Program-made: the position numbers and the translations under genes
The notes under the pieces: generated by a model
The model's database searches: none
What the model was told of the DNA's origin: nothing
The model's input: only the letters and a program-made list of their open reading frames with translations
Shown here: positions 56,782-64,000 of the stretch, in pieces
Position numbering within the stretch: the stretch's first letter is position 1
Layout: every line of letters starts with the position of its first letter
Virus record (IMG/VR): IMGVR_UViG_3300033121_001723
Coordinates: 1 to 64,000 of that record
Length of the DNA: 64,000 nt
Direction: 5' to 3' (one strand)
Source of the DNA: a virus
Taxonomy: Duplodnaviria; Caudoviricetes

Positions 56782-56796
56782 ATGAACCTAGCTATT

Positions 56797-56812
56797 GAAT
56801 TTCTGGAAATTG
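56797..56812. promoter_or_regulatory. palindromic motif copy 8 GAATTTCTGGAAATTG in the divergent junction
   Basis: Read directly; 15 nt from ATG 56781 (-) and 19 nt from ATG 56832 (+). Confidence 0.9.
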
Positions 56813-56831
56813 ACTGTGTACCATTACCGCG

Positions 56832-57524
56832 ATGGAAACACCTGCCGTTACCGCTGTTATGATTACCGGTAAAGACGAACGGAGAATACCGCTCGCTTTG
56901 GCCTCAGTGCGGTCATTCATGGGCCAAACCTACAAGAACAAGGAGCTCCTGATCGTCACAGACGGGTTCTCCTTGTTGCCCCAGATCGCTAACGCGAAAA
57001 ACATCCGAGAAGTCCGGGCCGAGCGGCAGACTCTCGGCGGGCTACGCAATGTCGCCTTGGATAATTGCGATAGCCCGTGGATCATCCAGTGGGATGACGA
57101 CGATTGGTCTCACCCGGAGCGGATCGAAGCACAGATGTACTGGGCAGACGTAATGACGGAAGCCCACGGGTCACCACGCCCTGTCACACTCGGTAAGCAA
57201 ATCCGATACAGCTTTGAATTGAACAACGCTTACGTCTACTCTGACAACAGGTCTGGAATCCACGGGACAGTGCTGCACCCGCAGACCGACCTCCGCTACG
57301 AGACGATCGGAAAGCACGAAGACTCGCACTTTTTGGACAACTTCCCGGCAGTCTCAATCCTGACGTCACGGCCAGAACTCTACATCCGAATGCAACACTC
57401 GGCCAACACTTGGGACCTGCGGCACATCATGCGGCAGCACGCCAAAGGCCGGGACCGCTGGGACTTGACACAACAGGACGCCGATTACCTCCGGCAGGTG
57501 CTAGCGGAGAATTACCCGACATGA
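56832..57524 (+). CDS. GT2-like glycosyltransferase
   Basis: VTAVMIT...Q.Y.NKELLIV...LGGLRN...WDDDDWSHPERI..Q. Confidence 0.85.
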   Translation: METPAVTAVMITGKDERRIPLALASVRSFMGQTYKNKELLIVTDGFSLLPQIANAKNIREVRAERQTLGGLRNVALDNCDSPWIIQWDDDDWSHPERIEAQMYWADVMTEAHGSPRPVTLGKQIRYSFELNNAYVYSDNRSGIHGTVLHPQTDLRYETIGKHEDSHFLDNFPAVSILTSRPELYIRMQHSANTWDLRHIMRQHAKGRDRWDLTQQDADYLRQVLAENYPT

Positions 57525-58264
57525 ACCAAGATCTGGTCATCGGGATGAATGCCGCCCCGAGAAAAACAAGCTACCTGGCTGAAACTCTGCGTTCCATCCG
57601 CAGCCAGGTCGATGCCGACGTACACATCTTTTACGAGCCTGAAACCAAGCTCCCCAAGCCCCTGCCTGATTTCTGCCACTGCCATGGAAACCCTGAGAGG
57701 CTCGGCAACTTCTTCAACTGGATCAACATGGCCCGGTGGCTGCTGGATCACACAACCTCCAAATGGATAATGACGGTCGAAGACGACGTCGTGTTTGCTA
57801 AAGACGCTATTCCGTTTGCACTTGAGATCTGTGCGGATTACGAACCAGACGACTGTGGCTTCTTTTCACTTTACAAATCAGCCCGCTTCAACCACGCCTT
57901 TCGCGGCACTGACGGCCCGTTATTTCAGATACTGCCCAATGTGCAACCGTGGGGCTCTTGTGCTTGGCTGTTTCGCCGCGAATCCGTTGCCCCGATGCTC
58001 CGCCACCCCATAATCCGGGACTGGCGTGGCACAACTCCGGAGCGCGGCCTGCGTGACGACACGGTAGATGGTATCGATATCGTGGTGGCCGTGGCTTATC
58101 AAGCCATGAGCCGTAAGCTATTCTTGTTCTCTCCCAGCTTGGTTCAGCACATCGGTGCCGACTCAGCCGTAGGAAACAACCAAGGACTGACATTTGGCCG
58201 AACGGCCAACGACTTTAACCAGGATGCCCGACTATGGACGAAGCCCAAGCCCTCGCCGCAATGA
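57521..58264 (+). CDS. glycosyltransferase (GT-A; start ATG 57521)
   Basis: APRKTSYL..TL.S...MTVEDDVVF...PSLVQHIG..S; ATGA overlap. Confidence 0.8.
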   Translation: MNQDLVIGMNAAPRKTSYLAETLRSIRSQVDADVHIFYEPETKLPKPLPDFCHCHGNPERLGNFFNWINMARWLLDHTTSKWIMTVEDDVVFAKDAIPFALEICADYEPDDCGFFSLYKSARFNHAFRGTDGPLFQILPNVQPWGSCAWLFRRESVAPMLRHPIIRDWRGTTPERGLRDDTVDGIDIVVAVAYQAMSRKLFLFSPSLVQHIGADSAVGNNQGLTFGRTANDFNQDARLWTKPKPSPQ

Positions 58265-59196
58265 CACCGCCCGGGGCTCAGAAAAACACACCGTGGCTGA
58301 ATGGAGTCATCCAGATCTGGATCACTCGGGCTTGCGACAAGTCCTGTTTCAACTGTACCCAGGCCTCCAACTTCGGAGGCAATCCCGGAATGATTACTCC
58401 GGAAAACTTCGAGAAGGCGGTGATTAGCCTTAAAGACTACCACGGCGTCGTTGGCATGATCGGAGGCAACCCCTGTCTGCATCCGAAGTTTGAGCAGCTG
58501 TGTGATATCTTGGCACAGCACATCCCGTCTGTACGGCGTGGTTTATGGTCAAATAACCCGCTTGACAAGGGGGCAATCTGCCGCCGGACGTTCAACCCGG
58601 CCTTTTCCAACCTGAACGTACACTTGGACGCCGACGCCTACGCCAGGTTCAAGAGAGATTGGCCTGAGTGCCAGCCGGTAGGGCTGACCACAGATTCTAA
58701 ACATAGCCCGGTATGGGGGTCGATGCTCGACCTAACGGATCTGCCGGAAGAAGAGCGATGGCGCAGAATCTCCCAGTGCGACATCAACCACAACTGGTCG
58801 GGAATGTACGGGCAGTTCCGCGGCGAGCTCCGCTGGTGGTTCTGCGAGATCGCAGCCGCACAGGCGATGCTTCGCCAGCATCAGCCCGACTATCCGGACA
58901 CCGGCCTCAAGCTGGACGGAGACTACGGAGGACGACAACCTTGGCAGCTCTCCATGTCCGAATATGCAGACCAAGTCCGATGGCACTGCCAGCGGTGCTT
59001 GGTTCCGATGAAGGGGCTCGGCGAATTCGCCCAAGCGGGAGTCTCGGGCATCGAACAGTACACCCAAGAGTACGCAGGAGTCGTAAAGCCCAAAACACAG
59101 GGCCGATTGGTACAGCTGGTCACGACAGCTGCCGAACTACGTAAGGACGGTGTCGGACACGTTACCGACTACATCAAGAACGCCCAGACAAAGTGA
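58261..59196 (+). CDS. radical SAM enzyme (start ATG 58261)
   Basis: ITRACDKSCFNCTQ (CxxxCxxC), GGNPCLHP, additional C-terminal Cys; ATGA overlap. Confidence 0.9.
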   Translation: MTPPGAQKNTPWLNGVIQIWITRACDKSCFNCTQASNFGGNPGMITPENFEKAVISLKDYHGVVGMIGGNPCLHPKFEQLCDILAQHIPSVRRGLWSNNPLDKGAICRRTFNPAFSNLNVHLDADAYARFKRDWPECQPVGLTTDSKHSPVWGSMLDLTDLPEEERWRRISQCDINHNWSGMYGQFRGELRWWFCEIAAAQAMLRQHQPDYPDTGLKLDGDYGGRQPWQLSMSEYADQVRWHCQRCLVPMKGLGEFAQAGVSGIEQYTQEYAGVVKPKTQGRLVQLVTTAAELRKDGVGHVTDYIKNAQTK

Positions 59197-59203
59197 CATA
59201 CCG

Positions 59204-59950
59204 ATGAAGCTGTCTATCCTTATGCCGGCCCTGAGCAGCCGGAAATGGCAACCTCTGGCCGAGGAAATAAAGCGGCAGTGTGCCAGGCACAAACCTGGAG
59301 AAGCCCGCTTGGCGGTGCTCGAAGACGCTGGAGAGCTGTCCAGCGGCGTGAAACGGCAAAAACTGATGGATTCGTCGACAGGTGAATACCTGTGCTTCAT
59401 CGATGATGACGACGCGGTGGCTCCCGAGTACGTCGCCAACTTGCTGCATGGCTGTAACAAGAATCCGTCCGTGGTGTCGTTCAATTTGGATCTCAAGCAC
59501 AAGAACAAGCTTGAGATCTGGAAATTCGGCATGTACCCAAACGACCGCCGACGGGGGAAAATGACCGTCAATCACCTCTGCCCTTGGCGAAGAGAGTTGG
59601 CCAGCCGGGTCGCTTGGTGCCCAGCTCTCGGCTACGCGGACGACCAGGTATGGCTGCAGCCGCTGGCCCACGCCGGGTTTCCGATCCATGAGCACCATAT
59701 CGAGCGCGTACTCTACCACTACCAGTATTCCGATGCCGTCACCGCCAACCAGACCTCCCCTCGCAAGCTGGCCGCCAAGGAGTACGTTGGCCGAGGCCTG
59801 CGGTGCTTCTTTTACGGTGAGGAGATCGTGATCGAAGTCGGTGGCACGCCTCGCCACGAAACGTCAGTTGTCGTCCGAGACCGGCACAATGTCGAACGCC
59901 GCATCCCGCTCGATGAACTGAAATGGTTCCACACGATTCGGATCGAATAA
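59204..59950 (+). CDS. GT2-like glycosyltransferase (start ATG 59204)
   Basis: MKLSILMP...SG.KRQ.L...GEYLCFIDDDD.V...Y. Confidence 0.85.
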   Translation: MKLSILMPALSSRKWQPLAEEIKRQCARHKPGEARLAVLEDAGELSSGVKRQKLMDSSTGEYLCFIDDDDAVAPEYVANLLHGCNKNPSVVSFNLDLKHKNKLEIWKFGMYPNDRRRGKMTVNHLCPWRRELASRVAWCPALGYADDQVWLQPLAHAGFPIHEHHIERVLYHYQYSDAVTANQTSPRKLAAKEYVGRGLRCFFYGEEIVIEVGGTPRHETSVVVRDRHNVERRIPLDELKWFHTIRIE

Positions 59951-60013
59951 CATGGCGACCAGCGATCTCCGGACACCACGCCGCTGGACCGGCAAATAAC
60001 CCACGGAGGGGTC

Positions 60014-60700
60014 ATGACAATCAAACATTTAACAGGCCTGACGGTCTGTGTCGACTACACGATGTACCTTGAAACGGGCATCGCACGCTGGGCAGCAGGT
60101 TTGGACAAACTGATCGTCGTGACAACGCCCAGAGACTCCGAGACACGGGATCTGTGCCGGACTTGGGGGATCATCCCACACCTCACCGACGTATTTTACG
60201 CCAACGGCGCCCACTTCAACAAAGGGGCGGCGATGGCCGAAGCTTTCGATGCGTGTGGCGACAAGCCCGACTGGTTCCTGTTCTTTGACTCTGACATTGT
60301 GCCGCCCGCCGGCTGGCGCGATGCCATTAACGCAATGGCACTGCGGCCCACGGCGTTGCACGGCTGCAACCGTACCGAGGTTGACGGGCGTCCGATCAGG
60401 GACGCAGAGATCGCTGGATTCTTTCACTTGGCACACGTATCCGATCCGAATATGCAAATCAAACCTGTCGTCGATACCCACTTCATCCACGCAGGAAACT
60501 ACGACACAACATTCATGGAGCGATGGGCTCCTGCCGATCGCGTCCGCTTGCCACTCTCCGTGGTACACGTTGGCGAGCCGCACGCAAACTGGTGCGGCAT
60601 CGGCAACGCGGACAAGCTTCAAGAAATTGTCCAGCAACGCCGACGAGGCCGGAGCTGGAGAACCGAGACGATAACACCGGATCAGCCGTTGGACAACTGA
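60014..60700 (+). CDS. glycosyltransferase-like protein
   Basis: VCVDY..YL...FNKG.AM...WFLFFDSDIV...GFFHL; GGAGG RBS. Confidence 0.8.
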   Translation: MTIKHLTGLTVCVDYTMYLETGIARWAAGLDKLIVVTTPRDSETRDLCRTWGIIPHLTDVFYANGAHFNKGAAMAEAFDACGDKPDWFLFFDSDIVPPAGWRDAINAMALRPTALHGCNRTEVDGRPIRDAEIAGFFHLAHVSDPNMQIKPVVDTHFIHAGNYDTTFMERWAPADRVRLPLSVVHVGEPHANWCGIGNADKLQEIVQQRRRGRSWRTETITPDQPLDN

Positions 60701-61347
60701 GCCGCCGCCAACCTCAATCCGTAGTGGTGCAGCTGCACCTGCATCGTTGGAATGAACCCGTCGATGTTATCGTCGTCTGGAAACAGGATGTCTCCAAACT
60801 CGTCTACCAAAGCTTGCAGATCCTCCGGGCTGCCGCAAGCCTCGTCAATCTCCTCCAGTGTGAGGTTGTTGCCTAGCAGCTCTACCGTCACAGGCTTGCT
60901 CAGCCAGTGGCTCACAAAATTTTCATCCGAGAGTTCTTGTCTATCTTGGCCTCGCTGCTGTGCAATCACGGTGACACACCGGAAAAGCGCAGTCTCAGCG
61001 TGCCAGGTGTGTCCGACTGGCGACATTTCCGACGTCCCGGCTACTAACCGGTCCAAGAAATGCTCAAGGCTGCTGCCAGCCAGTTCCAGCAAGTCACTGT
61101 GGGACTTGAACTGGTACACGGCGTCCCCTTGATCTCCCGTCACGGTCAGCTCGTTGTCCACCATACAGTAGACCAAGCTGTCGATGCCGGAACCTGGTTT
61201 TCGCCAGTTGATGACATCTAGCTGGACGCCGGCCAACACCCCTTGCTCTCGCACAGCTTTATGGTCTTTGAAAAACCGAGACATAAAGGCATCGGAGTAA
61301 AAACCCGCGTACCGGTTATACCACTTTTCGTCAGTGGCCCAGTTCAT
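60682..61347 (-). CDS. hypothetical protein
   Basis: Converges on the GT cassette with 19-nt overlap; W.KPG...Y...L.V.GD.G.AVY motif. Confidence 0.65.
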   Translation of the reverse strand: MNWATDEKWYNRYAGFYSDAFMSRFFKDHKAVREQGVLAGVQLDVINWRKPGSGIDSLVYCMVDNELTVTGDQGDAVYQFKSHSDLLELAGSSLEHFLDRLVAGTSEMSPVGHTWHAETALFRCVTVIAQQRGQDRQELSDENFVSHWLSKPVTVELLGNNLTLEEIDEACGSPEDLQALVDEFGDILFPDDDNIDGFIPTMQVQLHHYGLRLAAAQLSNG

Positions 61348-62018
61348 AACTGCGTCTCTTGTGTGACAGTCCTGTAAACGTAGTCGGATACGAGGTCCTT
61401 TGTATCCGTCTGAACGGTCTGGTAATCATGCACCGTTCGCCATGGCGACATACAGCTGTCGCTGGCCATCCGTCGATAAACGTCAATCACGCGTTTCAGG
61501 TAGGGCTTAGCAGCCTCGTGGAGATCTTCCGCCTTGTCTGTGTAGGCCCGCTTCTGCTTCAACAGCACGCGAGCCGCGGCCAGCTCCGGTGGGACATCCA
61601 ATAACAACTGCAGATCCGGAACAGGCATCGCGTTGACCGTGTACTCGACGTACGTGATCCAGTTTCTCAACGCTTCCGCCTGCTCTGCCGGCACCTTGGC
61701 ACATTGATGGGCGATGTTTGAACTCACGTACCTGTCGCACAAGACCACGTCGGAGGACGACAGGGCAGCCATCAGATCCGCCCGGGCAGCCACCCGGTCC
61801 ATGGCGTAAATCAGCGACACCAAGTGCGGGTCGTTGGCATCTCCGAAATCGCCGTTCAGGTACTTCCCCACCATCTCCCCACACTTGGACTGTGTGTAGC
61901 GGGGAAATGAAAACACCGCGACCTTGTGTCCGGCGTCCTGTAACTTCTCGGCCAAGAGGGCCGTCTGTGTCCCCTTTCCGGAGCCGTCGACCCCCTCGAT
62001 TGCGATAAAAACTGCCAA
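61344..62018 (-). CDS. tmk: thymidylate kinase
   Basis: FIAIEGVDGSGKGTQ, CDRYVSSN.AHQ, PDLQLLLDV. Confidence 0.92.
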   Translation of the reverse strand: MAVFIAIEGVDGSGKGTQTALLAEKLQDAGHKVAVFSFPRYTQSKCGEMVGKYLNGDFGDANDPHLVSLIYAMDRVAARADLMAALSSSDVVLCDRYVSSNIAHQCAKVPAEQAEALRNWITYVEYTVNAMPVPDLQLLLDVPPELAAARVLLKQKRAYTDKAEDLHEAAKPYLKRVIDVYRRMASDSCMSPWRTVHDYQTVQTDTKDLVSDYVYRTVTQETQL

Positions 62019-62026
62019 TGCTCCTC

Positions 62027-62042
62027 CAATTTCTGGAAATTG
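62027..62042. promoter_or_regulatory. palindromic motif copy 9 CAATTTCTGGAAATTG
   Basis: Read directly; between the upstream stop (62045) and the GGAGGAG RBS of tmk. Confidence 0.9.
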
Positions 62043-62044
62043 AC

Positions 62045-62944
62045 TTACCGATCCAAGAACCTGCGGACTTCTTCCCAGTTGTCCGCCACAGCCAGCAACT
62101 GCCTACGGCCCTCGTCCCGGGCCTCCTCGCGCTCCGCCCAGATCTCTGAATCGATCAGCGGCTGCACCGCATCCGCAATAATTTCCCCCACGGTTGTCGG
62201 AGGTAGTGAATCCAACTCCCACGACTGTTCGCCATGGATCGCTTGATAGCCAGCAAACCTGGCGTCCGTAGTTTTCGCAGGGTTTGGTGGTGGGTTGTAC
62301 GTCTCGATCTGGTCCATGTTCAGGGCCAGTCGAATCACCCGGATGTCCATACCGGAAAACAGCCGCAACCGCTCTTCGATATCCCGAGTCATATCGATAC
62401 CACTGGGGTCGTGGTCCCCCAAGTGCAGGATCAAGGCCTCCTGCTCGAAACGGCGGTACCGGTTGTAGGCGGCCGCCCAAGTCTCCGAGTCACTCATGTA
62501 GCCTTTACAGGCCAAGTATGGCAGGTGCCACGGCTCGCAAGCCCTTGCTACCACGCCTACCATAGCTTCCTTCTCGACCCACACCACGGGCCGGACATCC
62601 TGCCCTTCCCACCAGTCAACGTCGTACTGGTCCGCGACGGCCTGGATGATTTGGTGTGGTGAATCCCAAGCCGGCGGCCTGTGCTCGTTACGGGTCAGGT
62701 CACACATGTATGACCAGTCAATCAAACCGGCCCGCCGGCCATCTGAGATAATCGTCCCCAGCCGTTTGTAATCACGCTGGGTGTTCGGCAACCAGTCTCT
62801 GGATACGAAACCGTAGAACACGGATCGCAGCGTCACATCGGTGTAGCCGCCTCTGGCAAACTCTTCCAGGATTTCATTGGCCCGTTCGATAATTGTCAAG
62901 TGGTCGTCACTGAACTTCTTGTCGACATAACAAATCTTAGGCAT
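62045..62944 (-). CDS. TopoVI-A/JetD-like winged-helix + Toprim protein (start ATG 62944)
   Basis: TLRSVFYGFVS...YKRL..II.DGR..GLIDW; VWVEKEA; KGY.S; LGDHDPSGIDM; ELDSL. Confidence 0.8.
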   Translation of the reverse strand: MPKICYVDKKFSDDHLTIIERANEILEEFARGGYTDVTLRSVFYGFVSRDWLPNTQRDYKRLGTIISDGRRAGLIDWSYMCDLTRNEHRPPAWDSPHQIIQAVADQYDVDWWEGQDVRPVVWVEKEAMVGVVARACEPWHLPYLACKGYMSDSETWAAAYNRYRRFEQEALILHLGDHDPSGIDMTRDIEERLRLFSGMDIRVIRLALNMDQIETYNPPPNPAKTTDARFAGYQAIHGEQSWELDSLPPTTVGEIIADAVQPLIDSEIWAEREEARDEGRRQLLAVADNWEEVRRFLDR

Positions 62945-63941
62945 CTGCTTCGGCTTTCCAGCGGAGGTTCTCCGCAATACCGCCGGACCGAGTCCAAACG
63001 GTCAAAGACCAAGACCCGGCCCACGGATCGTAGTCTCCTTGGGTATCGTATTCCTGCTTGCTGTCGGCGGCATCGTAGCCTCCGGCAATGTAGATTTCCA
63101 TCACCTCTGGATACTTCTCCTCCACTTCCCGGATCAGATCATAGATCTCTTTGGTTGTCCGGTTCCAGGCGGGGCAGTCGGCCTCGACTCGGGGTCGACA
63201 CTGGCCTTCCCGCCCTGAAGTTGCAAGACACGTACCCCGAGAAAAAATCATGGCTCGGCCAGACCCCTTGGCGTCCCTCCTGCCTTCGTCCCTTGCGGCA
63301 GCCACGGCCGCCCGCAAGGCCGTCCGATCTATTTTCAAAACAGGCTCTGTGCTTCGCTTCAGACCTCCGGCACCAGTGTCAGATTGAAGCATTTGCCGCA
63401 AGCCTTCCGCCGCCTCGGCCTTGGTACAACCTTGGGCCGACAGATCAGCTGCGAACTTTTTAGCCTCTGCTACAATGTCCGGCACAGCCGGCAATGTGAC
63501 TCGGTCTGACTCCAAGGCCCGGTCCAGCAGAATTTCATGCGTAGCGTCCGAGCGGTTGATGTCCCCCCACACACGTAGCAACGGAGCCTCCGGCCTGTTT
63601 TCCAGCACCAGCACTTCGTCAAATCCTGTCGCCATGTCGGCTAAGCCGCAACCTTGAATACCGAGCGCCAGAGCACCGTCCTCCAGCAATCGCACGGTTA
63701 CTTGCCGCTTCGGGCAGCCTGGCTCATGTCCGGGCAACCAGAGAGCAATTTTCTCCTTGGCTTCGCACAGAGCACCCAACAGCAAGTCAGCGGCAGTCTC
63801 TGTCTGCACCACTGCCACCAACTCTTCTGGGGGCCACTCCTCAGATGGACCGACGTCATCTGCCTCCAATTGTCGATAGATCCCCCAACACTCGGTGCAA
63901 TCGCCGAGTTCCTGATCCTGTTCTTTTCGATACCGGGCCAT
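62937..63941 (-). CDS. multi-module hypothetical protein
   Basis: AAGG RBS; central LRVWGDINxxDxTHxI.LD.A.E module and distinct C-terminal GGYD...YDPW...W module. Confidence 0.65.
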   Translation of the reverse strand: MARYRKEQDQELGDCTECWGIYRQLEADDVGPSEEWPPEELVAVVQTETAADLLLGALCEAKEKIALWLPGHEPGCPKRQVTVRLLEDGALALGIQGCGLADMATGFDEVLVLENRPEAPLLRVWGDINRSDATHEILLDRALESDRVTLPAVPDIVAEAKKFAADLSAQGCTKAEAAEGLRQMLQSDTGAGGLKRSTEPVLKIDRTALRAAVAAARDEGRRDAKGSGRAMIFSRGTCLATSGREGQCRPRVEADCPAWNRTTKEIYDLIREVEEKYPEVMEIYIAGGYDAADSKQEYDTQGDYDPWAGSWSLTVWTRSGGIAENLRWKAEADA

Positions 63942-64000
63942 CCTTACTCCCTGTACACACTGGCGTAACTACCGGAGTCCCTTTTGATCCGGCCTGCAAA

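Noticed and set aside
60614-60629. Partial palindrome (AAGCTTCAAGAAATTG) near the right end of the GT cassette, suggesting inversion between sites
   Set aside because: Four mismatches, inside coding sequence; half-sites such as 27010-27019 and 29895 are also expected by chance
8305-62042. Palindrome as a CodY box or as an RNA hairpin
   Set aside because: The CodY consensus AATTTTCWGAAAATT has different arm length and spacing. A 2-nt loop with AU-rich arms and non-compensatory outer changes argues against an RNA stem
1-64000. Alternative genetic code, tRNA/rRNA genes, integrase, reverse transcriptase
   Set aside because: Long conserved genes are intact under the standard code; no T-loop/anticodon cloverleaf or relevant catalytic motifs were seen by eye (tRNAscan/Infernal would be decisive)

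Overview
A 64-kb fragment of a large, GC-rich (about 58% by eye) dsDNA bacteriophage or phage-plasmid. It is almost certainly part of a longer genome, since no terminase or capsid gene is recognisable. Nearly all genes are on the - strand. (i) 1-21 kb: many small hypothetical genes, plus a TrpF-like barrel, a glycosyltransferase, a SAM methyltransferase, a beta-helix protein, a BCS1-like AAA ATPase and a GHKL ATPase. Several small ORFs resemble families I associate with Planctomycetota, which suggests the host (inference). (ii) 21-27 kb: a tubulin/FtsZ-family GTPase beside a probable portal. (iii) 27-56 kb: a near-complete replication/recombination block: RuvC-like, DnaQ-like, NUDIX, ThyX, RecA-like, putative SSB, a UDG-exonuclease-PolA fusion carrying a LAGLIDADG intein, a frameshifted C5-methyltransferase, primase, DnaB-like helicase, SF2 helicase, a degenerate IS110-like protein and SbcCD. 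(iv) 56.8-60.7 kb: the only + strand block, four glycosyltransferases and a radical SAM enzyme. (v) Tmk and a TopoVI-A/JetD-like Toprim protein. The strongest signal the gene list does not explain is a palindrome, AATTTC-NN-GAAATT (consensus SAATTTCYRGAAATTSA). It occurs 9 times across the window, eight of them within about 25 nt of a start or stop codon. No tRNA, rRNA, CRISPR array or integrase was seen. All protein assignments come from motif recognition by eye, not database searches.
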